A stretch of 43,089 nt of DNA. Origin: a virus. The DNA is taken from IMG/VR virus record IMGVR_UViG_3300042934_000110, positions 1 to 43,089 of that record; one strand, 5' to 3'. Of the stretch, positions 15,684 through 22,317 are shown one piece after another (positions within the stretch are counted from its first letter, which is position 1; the number at the start of each line of letters is the position of its first letter). Below the pieces are notes generated by a model. It searched no databases. It was not told where the DNA came from and was given only the letters and a program-made list of their open reading frames with translations. The position numbers and the translations under genes were made by a program.

Positions 15684-16003
15684 ACAGCACGCCTTGCCTG
15701 CACCAACTGGTGCAGGAGTACAACGGCATAGCGATGCGTGAACAGTTGGTGGAGATGGTCCGTAACCAGCAAACGGCCTTCCTGGATCGCGCTGTACACG
15801 ATTGCTTGTCCCGGCTAGGGCTCACACTACCCGAGGCGCTAACGCGTCTTATGCGGCACTTAGGGCCGTCCTGGGAGGAACTGTACCTAGACGGCGAGCG
15901 TGTGCTGCGCGTGTCCTGGCTGCACGAGGACGGCAGTTGCCACATGTCGCGAACTTTTCACGGCCCTGCGGAACTTCCCAGGAATCCACCTGTCACAGTG
16001 TAG
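15680..16003 (+). CDS. Hypothetical early protein (107 aa)
   Basis: ATGA overlap with the preceding gene. Confidence 0.65.
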   Translation: MNSTPCLHQLVQEYNGIAMREQLVEMVRNQQTAFLDRAVHDCLSRLGLTLPEALTRLMRHLGPSWEELYLDGERVLRVSWLHEDGSCHMSRTFHGPAELPRNPPVTV

Positions 16004-16015
16004 GACCAAGACGCC

Positions 16016-16044
16016 TTGACGTGCACTCGCGGTTGGTCTAAGGT
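16016..16044 (+). promoter_or_regulatory. Sigma70-like promoter (TTGACG-17-TAAGGT)
   Basis: Read directly in the gap between genes. Confidence 0.5.
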
Positions 16045-16104
16045 TGCACTGACCGCCCACACAACGTGGGCCTACGTAAGGACATGACGAACGAGGATTT
16101 ACCT

Positions 16105-16656
16105 ATGTCACGTAAAACAGAACTGAGCACTATCTTGCGCCATATCGAGAAGGCGCACGAGACCACCGAGACCCATGCCTCGGCCATCCTTGAGGCTATC
16201 CGCCGTGAAGGCGCCAGCACGCTCCAGGCGTTTGACGTGATGGTGTCAGAAGCGTACGACAAGAACGGGTGGAGTCAGCGTATCGGCAGGCCACAGGCAG
16301 GTGATGTTCCTGCGCCGGTAGTAGTTAAGGTGTACGTGAGTACCATTCGTGCCGCGTACCGCCTGGATGTGGACGTAGCCAAGGCTGAGACGATGCAGGA
16401 GCTACGCAACCACGTACGGGCAGCAAGGGCCAAGATCGGGTATAAGAGCGCTGAGAAGGCCGCACAGGAGGCGCCAGAGCTGGCGGGTGTGAGTATCCAG
16501 AGCCCGGGCACCTTGACGGGCGCGCTGCTGCACGACCTGTACGCCGTACGTGTTGCCCTGGATGAAGAGGGCGCCAAGGCCCTGGACCAGCAATTGCACG
16601 CGCTGTTGAAGCAGTACATCAAGCAAGCGCCGCCTGCGCTGCGTCTGGTGGCTTGA
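16105..16656 (+). CDS. Hypothetical early protein (183 aa from ATG 16105; alternatives GTG 16066, ATG 16084)
   Basis: GAGGA lies 7 nt upstream of ATG 16105. Helical, with no family recognised. Confidence 0.7.
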   Translation: MSRKTELSTILRHIEKAHETTETHASAILEAIRREGASTLQAFDVMVSEAYDKNGWSQRIGRPQAGDVPAPVVVKVYVSTIRAAYRLDVDVAKAETMQELRNHVRAARAKIGYKSAEKAAQEAPELAGVSIQSPGTLTGALLHDLYAVRVALDEEGAKALDQQLHALLKQYIKQAPPALRLVA

Positions 16657-16674
16657 GGTTAACGCGTAAATAGC

Positions 16675-16724
16675 AGTTGCTTCATAGAAGGCATTCGAGT
16701 AGAGTGCCTTCCATTGAGACAACA
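16675..16724 (+). promoter_or_regulatory. Conserved post-gene element, copy 1: AGTTGCTT - hairpin (GAAGGCA/TGCCTTC) - TGAGACAACA
   Basis: Shares both flanking boxes and the hairpin architecture with 18765-18815. Confidence 0.55.
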
Positions 16725-16820
16725 GCAACAAGTACAGCGGGTCTAAGGGACCCGGTAAGGTGGGCAACGGCACACACCCTGTACTCGTAGGTCAAACAGT
16801 TAACGCGTTAAGCGTATCGG

Positions 16821-16848
16821 TTGACAAGCTGGCAAGATGCTGTAGAGT
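16821..16848 (+). promoter_or_regulatory. Strong sigma70-like promoter (TTGACA-16-TAGAGT)
   Basis: Consensus -35 read directly in a 660-bp non-coding region. Confidence 0.6.
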
Positions 16849-16961
16849 AAGCGGCACAGGTTAGGGTCACCTTAAAAGACTCGGCACTAACGGTACTGGC
16901 CCAACCTCATAAGGGCAAGCGGGGCCTAGATGAGCTGAGTCACACACTAGGCAACACGATG

Positions 16962-16990
16962 TTGACAGAACAGCAACAACGATATAGCAT
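16962..16990 (+). promoter_or_regulatory. Strong sigma70-like promoter (TTGACA-17-TAGCAT)
   Basis: Consensus -35 and 17-nt spacer, in the same non-coding region. Confidence 0.6.
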
Positions 16991-17201
16991 GTGCAACATG
17001 AAACACGGCGAAGAACTCGCCACCGCTACAAAGACCCGTCGAGTGAGACCGACGCTAATAACTCGCCCCTGCTGAATCTCCTGGGGCTATGTAAAACGGA
17101 GATGAACGTACGCCACGTCCACGGTTATGCAGTGGGTCCGGCGAGAATTGACCTAGAGTCGATCTATCCAAAGCGAGACAGTACGCTTGTAGATCCCTCA
17201 A

Positions 17202-17297
17202 GGTTGCATTCTAGATAGCCTAGGGCTCGACAGAGCAGGCGGGCGAGCTAAGTTGGTGCCGTATTTCACACCTACCCAGACTATCTAGAATGCAACC
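17202..17297. repeat. 17-bp perfect inverted repeat GGTTGCATTCTAGATAG / CTATCTAGAATGCAACC bracketing a promoter
   Basis: Arms at 17202-17218 and 17281-17297. The 62-bp spacer contains TAGGGCTCGACA...TAAGTT. Confidence 0.85.
17227..17254 (+). promoter_or_regulatory. Sigma70-like promoter (TCGACA-16-TAAGTT) with the TAGGGC upstream box
   Basis: Weaker -35. It shares the TAGGGCT(T/C)GAC context with the promoters at 13471 and 14780. Confidence 0.45.
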
Positions 17298-17314
17298 CGA
17301 CACCGGAGTACACC

Positions 17315-17539
17315 ATGTCCAAGAATCTGGCAGCGTTCATGCGAGGCCGTAAGAAGGACGGCAGTATTAAGTCCAAGGGCGTGGCGGCAATCGAAGACAC
17401 GATAGCCCGCTTTGTAAACGACAGCAGCCCCGAAGCACGTAAAGCGTACCGGGCAAGTCGAGACCAGTTGCACGACACTGACCCATCCCCAACATCAAAA
17501 GGCGCGTGGTTCCCAAAAGGGAATCGCGAAGCAAGATAG
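17315..17539 (+). CDS. Hypothetical early protein (74 aa, basic)
   Basis: ATG with CCGGAG RBS 8 nt upstream. Confidence 0.7.
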   Translation: MSKNLAAFMRGRKKDGSIKSKGVAAIEDTIARFVNDSSPEARKAYRASRDQLHDTDPSPTSKGAWFPKGNREAR

Positions 17540-17558
17540 AGTTAACGGAGTAAACACT

Positions 17559-17951
17559 ATGTCCCAAGAAGTTCCCGCGTTCGTACTGATTACCCTGCCG
17601 CTGGGTTGTGAGCGGGCCGAGCGTTCCGCGCTCCGCGATGCTGGGTTGCCGGTGTTCATCAAGGGCCTGAGTCTCTTAGATCAGGCTAACGTGTACGCCA
17701 TTGCAGCCGACGCTATGTACAGCACGGCGCACCGCGACAGCATATTGGATATGCTGTCGGTACTGGGCGTTCAGAGTATCATGCACGTAGGCGCCGACCG
17801 CAGTGTAGCGCTGTGCCGCAAGGACAATAACTACCTTCCTATTGGTGCGCCGGTAATCGGTACCTGGGAAGAGACGAAGCAAGAGGAGCGCGGGTTCAAT
17901 ATCCGTGGCCGATCATTCCGAATCAAACACACTCAAAAGGAAATCGCATGA
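17559..17951 (+). CDS. Hypothetical early protein (130 aa)
   Basis: ATG with ACGGAG RBS. Confidence 0.7.
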   Translation: MSQEVPAFVLITLPLGCERAERSALRDAGLPVFIKGLSLLDQANVYAIAADAMYSTAHRDSILDMLSVLGVQSIMHVGADRSVALCRKDNNYLPIGAPVIGTWEETKQEERGFNIRGRSFRIKHTQKEIA

Positions 17952-18097
17952 AACTTTTCGCCGCTCTAATCCTCGCTGCCATGTTGACCGGCTGCGTGTT
18001 CCAACCCATCCATGTGGAAGTGTACAACGCCGTGAACGTCGAGGATTCCGACGTAGGTTTGGATGCTTCCCGCAACGTTAACGAGGCTATCGACTAA
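17948..18097 (+). CDS. Small predicted lipoprotein (49 aa)
   Basis: ATGA overlap with the upstream gene. MKLFAALILAAMLTGC is a signal peptide plus lipobox (LTGC). Below the ORF-track cutoff. Confidence 0.6.
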   Translation: MKLFAALILAAMLTGCVFQPIHVEVYNAVNVEDSDVGLDASRNVNEAID

Positions 18098-18267
18098 GCC
18101 TGTAATCGCACTGCATCCGGCTTTCGGACAGTGCTGACCCTTGCAGAAGGATATCGCCATGTAACGGAGTAACGGCCGTGTGCCGCTAACCTACCAGGGA
18201 TGCTTACCTTATATGACCGGGCAATCAGCCGCTTAGCCCACGGCACAACCAAACAAAGGATATACCC

Positions 18268-18756
18268 ATGTTCAAGTCTTCCATGTTCTCCGCTTTCGCT
18301 GCCCTGTCCGTCCTGATGACCGCCCAAGCCGAAGGCGGCGAAGGTGCTGCCCCTACTGTGCCGCAGACCCGCGCCGAGAAGCTGACCGCCAAGGCCAAGG
18401 CCCTGTTCGACCTCGTCACCGCCAAGACCGCCGAGTACCACGATGTCGTTGCCGAGCTGCAAGCCATCGAACTGGTTGCCAACGTCGCAGCCGGTGATAC
18501 CGTGAACGGCAGTACCGGTATCGGTGCCAAGAAACAACTCGTGTCCGGCGTCGTCCTGGGCGTCTCCGAAGACGAGAAGGGCAAGCTGATCAAAGTGCAG
18601 TCCGGTACCGGCTTCGACACTACCGTGTTCACCCTGCGTGCTGCGCAAATCACCAGTGTCGTGCCCGCTGTTGCCCTGGAAGAACAGGCTAGTGACGAGG
18701 TTGTGGAACAACCGGCTGAAACTCCGGCGTTCGATGCTGAAACCTATGCCGCGTAA
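18268..18756 (+). CDS. Predicted secreted/periplasmic early protein (162 aa) with acidic C-terminal tail
   Basis: AAAGGA RBS. MFKSSMFSAFAALSVLMTAQA-EGG looks like a Sec signal peptide with an AQA cleavage motif. Strongly biased, GC-ending codons. Confidence 0.75.
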   Translation: MFKSSMFSAFAALSVLMTAQAEGGEGAAPTVPQTRAEKLTAKAKALFDLVTAKTAEYHDVVAELQAIELVANVAAGDTVNGSTGIGAKKQLVSGVVLGVSEDEKGKLIKVQSGTGFDTTVFTLRAAQITSVVPAVALEEQASDEVVEQPAETPAFDAETYAA

Positions 18757-18764
18757 CACGCGGT

Positions 18765-18815
18765 AGTTGCTTGAGTAGATAGCCCGGCAACGTCGGGCTA
18801 TCCGCTGAGACAACA
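18765..18815 (+). promoter_or_regulatory. Conserved post-gene element, copy 2: AGTTGCTT - hairpin (GATAGCCCG/CGGGCTATC, 7-nt loop) - TGAGACAACA
   Basis: 9-bp perfect stem. The flanking boxes are identical to copy 1 at 16675-16724. Confidence 0.6.
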
Positions 18816-18832
18816 ACCGAGGATAGCAAACC

Positions 18833-19018
18833 ATGAACATTCCTATGTCGAATGCAAGTAAGGCCGCACTCCGTAACGGGTGGGCGTACCGTACACCGCT
18901 GGTTGTGATGCTGCATATACGCACGTTGAATCCCCGCGCTGCTAATGAACTTGAAGGCGTGATAACAGTTAGTCCGGGCGGCGTTGCGATAGTTCCCGAA
19001 CTTTGGTGCACCCGATGA
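18833..19018 (+). CDS. Hypothetical early protein (61 aa)
   Basis: GAGGA RBS upstream of the ATG. Confidence 0.55.
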   Translation: MNIPMSNASKAALRNGWAYRTPLVVMLHIRTLNPRAANELEGVITVSPGGVAIVPELWCTR

Positions 19019-19156
19019 ACGGTACAGAGCAACTCATGAGCGGCACGATTGTCGTTCTTCTTTTCCTGTGCTGGGTTATCGGAAGTTCCCGCGACCGGTA
19101 CAAGTGCCGGTATGACATGGTCTACAGCAAGGCCGCCGAACTGGAGCGAAAGCTTA
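19015..19156 (+). other. Coding-like segment (TM helix, MNGTEQLMSGTIVVLLFLCWVIGSSRDRYKCRYDMVYSKAAELERKLN) with no stop of its own
   Basis: ATGA coupling to the upstream gene, higher third-position GC than the competing frame, and a clear hydrophobic helix. This frame then runs on as junk-like sequence to 19629 while the +1 frame becomes coding at 19157. Confidence 0.4.
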
Positions 19157-19867
19157 ATGCAGCAACTGTTAAAGAACTATCAACTAGCCGTAGCCGTGGA
19201 GATGCATCTGCACCCCGATTTGCGCGCTCGACTTCATACGCTGCGGGATATCGTGACGGTGTTCGAAGCGAACAGTCACGACCCTGTGGGTACTTTGACC
19301 TCCCTACATCGCAAGCAACTTGCTGCACTGGTGTGGCTACAGCGGTGCAAAGTAGCGGCGGGCGTGTACAACCTCCCACTTCTTTCGCCGACGTTCTGCG
19401 AAATGATCCGCACCGAAACGGCGGATTGGCCGTTCACCGGGAACTCCCAGGAGCCGGAGCATCTGCGGTGCCCAGAGGCTGTGCTGCACGAGGTGTGCCC
19501 GCAGCTGGGCCGAACTGTATGGGAGCTGTTCCGTGCGGCCCTTGGCCCTGTGTATACGCTGATCCATGGAACCGTACCTACTGCTGTGGCCGCCGCGCAA
19601 CTGACGCGGTACACCCTGCAACGGAATAGCTTGGGCGGCTGGCATCAAGACGAAGACAGCGACTTCACTGCCGTCGTTGAGCTGGCACCCGAGTTGCATA
19701 TCGGTGGTGGGACTGACGTAATGTCGGCGCCGCTTACCGTGACGTCTGTACCCACACTTGCCAAAGGGCACGCCCTGTTGTTCTGCGGCAAAACTACCCA
19801 CCACCGAGGAAGGCCCATCACGGAAGGCGTGCGGGATCTACTCGTCTACTGGACAGAAGCCAAATGA
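19157..19867 (+). CDS. 2OG-Fe(II) oxygenase superfamily protein (prolyl-4-hydroxylase-like)
   Basis: GGWHQDEDSD (HxD) and GKTTHHRGRPITEGVRDLLVYW (distal His plus Arg) match the 2OG-Fe(II) oxygenase facial-triad pattern. The start is uncertain (ATG 19157, ATG 19112 or TTG 19049). Confidence 0.7.
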   Translation: MQQLLKNYQLAVAVEMHLHPDLRARLHTLRDIVTVFEANSHDPVGTLTSLHRKQLAALVWLQRCKVAAGVYNLPLLSPTFCEMIRTETADWPFTGNSQEPEHLRCPEAVLHEVCPQLGRTVWELFRAALGPVYTLIHGTVPTAVAAAQLTRYTLQRNSLGGWHQDEDSDFTAVVELAPELHIGGGTDVMSAPLTVTSVPTLAKGHALLFCGKTTHHRGRPITEGVRDLLVYWTEAK

Positions 19868-20481
19868 ACCAGTCCCTGCCGCTGTTCCCTCTCCAGGCAC
19901 CAGACCCAGAGGTCGGTTACCGTGAGGCTATCGACCTCGTGGCGGATATCTTGCACGTCTGCAACGATATCCTGCACGCGCAGTACGTGGCAGTTGCCGG
20001 TGGTTGCGCCAGGGATTTGGCGCACCGCTTGGCGCCTCGGGACATTGACCTCGTACTGTGCCCGCGCCACGAAGATGATGAGTTCGTGTTGTTGCAGGCA
20101 CTGGAACTCGGCCTCGGATACAAGATCGTGCAAGAGTTTGAACGCGTCAGTGGTTCTGCTTTCCTGCACGACACGAACAACACCTCTGATTACGAGGCCC
20201 TGGAGCACGACAACCGGTGGTCTCGTGTGGTCAAGTTAGAGGCCCCTGGCAAGCTCCCGGTAGACCTGTTGGTCAGTACCTGTGACAGCCTGGAGGACGC
20301 TATCAGCCTGTTCGACTTCAACCTCAATCAGTTCGCCATCTTGCGCCCGTTCACCGCGCCACGTTTCTTTGGCGAGTGCCAAGGCGAGCTTATCCAGAAC
20401 CGCGAGGCGAGTGTTTCGCCGGAGCGTAAAGCCCACATCCAAACTATCGCCCTTAAACTGGGCTGGAGCGTTCAAGCATGA
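19864..20481 (+). CDS. Truncated CCA-adding enzyme / poly(A) polymerase-family nucleotidyltransferase (head domain only, 205 aa)
   Basis: VAGGCARDLAHRLAPRDIDLVL matches the GGxxRD...DxD Pol-beta NTase motif of class II tRNA nucleotidyltransferases. LFDFNLNQFAI resembles the RDFTINA motif. ATGA overlap with the oxygenase gene. Confidence 0.7.
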   Translation: MNQSLPLFPLQAPDPEVGYREAIDLVADILHVCNDILHAQYVAVAGGCARDLAHRLAPRDIDLVLCPRHEDDEFVLLQALELGLGYKIVQEFERVSGSAFLHDTNNTSDYEALEHDNRWSRVVKLEAPGKLPVDLLVSTCDSLEDAISLFDFNLNQFAILRPFTAPRFFGECQGELIQNREASVSPERKAHIQTIALKLGWSVQA

Positions 20482-20990
20482 AATTCACTGACCTGACAAG
20501 CTATCATCGCAGCATGTTGACCATGCTCTGCACAGGGCAGACCTTCTCCACTGCCGAACTGGGCAGAGGCTGCAACCCGTCCCTCAAGCCCGACCAAGCA
20601 GCAGCTTCTTTGCTACGCCTGCGTGACCTGGGTTTGGTGTTCTCCAATCAGAAACCGCCCGGTCAGGCATACGCTATGTGGAAGGCTAGCGAGTACGGGC
20701 AAGCTGTGTTCATGTCTCGGCCCGCCGAAGTAACGATGCCCTGTAGCAACCCGGTGCTGGACGCCCTGCCTACCGCAGAACCGGCCAAGCCGTACCGCGT
20801 ACTGCGCGTCAGTGACGCCGAAGTCACCCTCTTCGGCACCAAGTTCGCCACCGAAGAGGAGGCGGACCGCTTTGCCCGTACGAACATCCACAACGCTGGG
20901 CCGGACGTGCGGAACTACGTCGTCACCGTGCACGCGGCTATGAAGTTTGTTGCGCCTGTGCACGCCTGTGTGGAACGCATCGACCTGTAA
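20478..20990 (+). CDS. Hypothetical protein, possible winged-helix DNA-binding N-terminal domain (170 aa)
   Basis: ATGA overlap with the NTase gene. The N-terminal SMLTMLCTGQTFSTAELGR...LLRLRDLGLV is wHTH-like. This is a weak call. Confidence 0.55.
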   Translation: MKFTDLTSYHRSMLTMLCTGQTFSTAELGRGCNPSLKPDQAAASLLRLRDLGLVFSNQKPPGQAYAMWKASEYGQAVFMSRPAEVTMPCSNPVLDALPTAEPAKPYRVLRVSDAEVTLFGTKFATEEEADRFARTNIHNAGPDVRNYVVTVHAAMKFVAPVHACVERIDL

Positions 20991-21022
20991 GAGTTAACCC
21001 GTTAACACTGGAGTTCATTATC

Positions 21023-21493
21023 ATGAGTAAGACGCAAAAGGCGCTAGGTAAGTTGCGCCACAAGATTGCACAAGCCGAGACCGATGCGCGGACCGCCCGC
21101 CGCATCCACGAGCAAGCCAAGGGCGTGACCTCGTTGAACGATATGCTGAACGCTACAGTGGTCGAGCAGAACGAGCGGATGGAAACCCTCGCGTCGAACT
21201 GCACGCACTACCGCCAGCGCATGGCTGACTTGCAGGACAAGGTCAGCGAGTTGGAGGACCGTAACGGGGATCTGTACTCGCGCCTTAAAGACGCAGGCGC
21301 CGCCCACAATGCAGCCGTCGAGTGCATGTATCAAGAACACCGCCAGTTGTTGCAGCTGGAGCGCAAGGGCCACGCCAAGCGATTGGCCGAGGCGCAAAGT
21401 TACCTGCGCCTGAGCCGCGTCAGTACCATTGTTGTAACCATCGCCCTCCTGGCCGTTGTGGGCTGGCCGTATGCCGTCAAGCTGGTGATGTAA
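21023..21493 (+). CDS. Hypothetical coiled-coil protein with C-terminal TM anchor (156 aa)
   Basis: GGAG RBS. Heptad-rich sequence ending in VSTIVVTIALLAVVGWPYAV. Confidence 0.7.
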   Translation: MSKTQKALGKLRHKIAQAETDARTARRIHEQAKGVTSLNDMLNATVVEQNERMETLASNCTHYRQRMADLQDKVSELEDRNGDLYSRLKDAGAAHNAAVECMYQEHRQLLQLERKGHAKRLAEAQSYLRLSRVSTIVVTIALLAVVGWPYAVKLVM

Positions 21494-22317
21494 TGGCTAT
21501 CCCACCGTCAGAGTTCTTGCAGCATGCTAAGTCCTTGGCGGTAGGGCAGACCGGGCGGTTCTATCACAGGTGCGGCCCAGGCAAGGTGCTACACGTCGGG
21601 AACGAGGGGGACAGGTACTGGTGTAAGTGCTACCGGTGCCACCAGGGCGGTGTGGTCGAGAAGACGCACGCCATCCTGGCCCGCATTCCTGACCAGAAGC
21701 GTTTTATGCCGTGGCCTGACGACGCAAAGGACTTGGCGCACTGGCCGGTGTACACGCAGGAAGTGCTGTTAAAGCAGCTGCTTACCAAGGGCATCGACCG
21801 TTATGTCATGTTGGGGGATACACATGTTTGGTACAGCGAGAAACAAGGGCGGCTGTTGTTCGGTACTCGTCTTGGTTGGCTTGGTCGCGCTACTCGGGGT
21901 CAGTCACCTAAGTGGACCGGCTACGGATACCCGGCGCCGGATTATGCTGCCCATCCACAGGATGCGGATAAAGAAACGGTGGTCGTGACGGAGGACTACC
22001 TATCAGCCTTGAAGGTACGTTGGGCCATCGGAGGTACTTACGATGCGACGGTGCACGCACTGTTGGGAACCGAACTACGGACGCGGCACCTGTCGGACTT
22101 GCTCGACGCAGGTACCTCCAGACTGGTTACATTTCTGGACGGCGACGGCGCTGGTCGTAGGGGTAGCGTTGATGTTGCCCGGCGCGCTCGTGGCATGGGT
22201 ATCGCTACGGCTGATGTTGGGCCGCCAGAGGGATTAGATCCCAAGGACTTACATAAAGAGCAGATACTAACCCTGCTAGGAGGTGTGTTATCGAGTTACC
22301 AATCCTCCAAGCCTTGA
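21493..22317 (+). CDS. DNA primase (zinc finger plus TOPRIM)
   Basis: ATG at 21493 (TAATG overlap). HRCGPG...CKCYRCH zinc-binding motif, then VVVTEDYLSALKV and FLDGDGAGRRG TOPRIM motifs. The upstream part of the 21322 ORF overlaps the preceding gene. Confidence 0.85.
   Translation: MAIPPSEFLQHAKSLAVGQTGRFYHRCGPGKVLHVGNEGDRYWCKCYRCHQGGVVEKTHAILARIPDQKRFMPWPDDAKDLAHWPVYTQEVLLKQLLTKGIDRYVMLGDTHVWYSEKQGRLLFGTRLGWLGRATRGQSPKWTGYGYPAPDYAAHPQDADKETVVVTEDYLSALKVRWAIGGTYDATVHALLGTELRTRHLSDLLDAGTSRLVTFLDGDGAGRRGSVDVARRARGMGIATADVGPPEGLDPKDLHKEQILTLLGGVLSSYQSSKP

Noticed and set aside
16991-17218. 75-aa ORF in the 660-bp early gap
   Set aside because: It has a non-ATG start immediately at the promoter -10, no RBS, an Arg/Ser/Thr-rich sequence, and a stop that lies inside the inverted-repeat arm. 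An internal ATG at 17102 abuts GGAG with no spacer. It remains possible but is unsupported.
18094-19032. 312-aa minus-strand ORF
   Set aside because: It overlaps the RBS-preceded, signal-peptide-bearing + strand gene at 18268..18756. Its Gly/Arg/Leu-rich sequence is junk-like, typical of antisense frames in GC-rich DNA.
19003-19629. Full-length 208-aa ORF overlapping the oxygenase gene
   Set aside because: Only the first ~140 nt look coding. Beyond about 19155 the third-position GC collapses and the sequence becomes Arg/Pro/Gly/Cys-rich while the +1 frame carries the oxygenase motifs. It is treated as a frame-switch problem rather than a real 208-aa protein.
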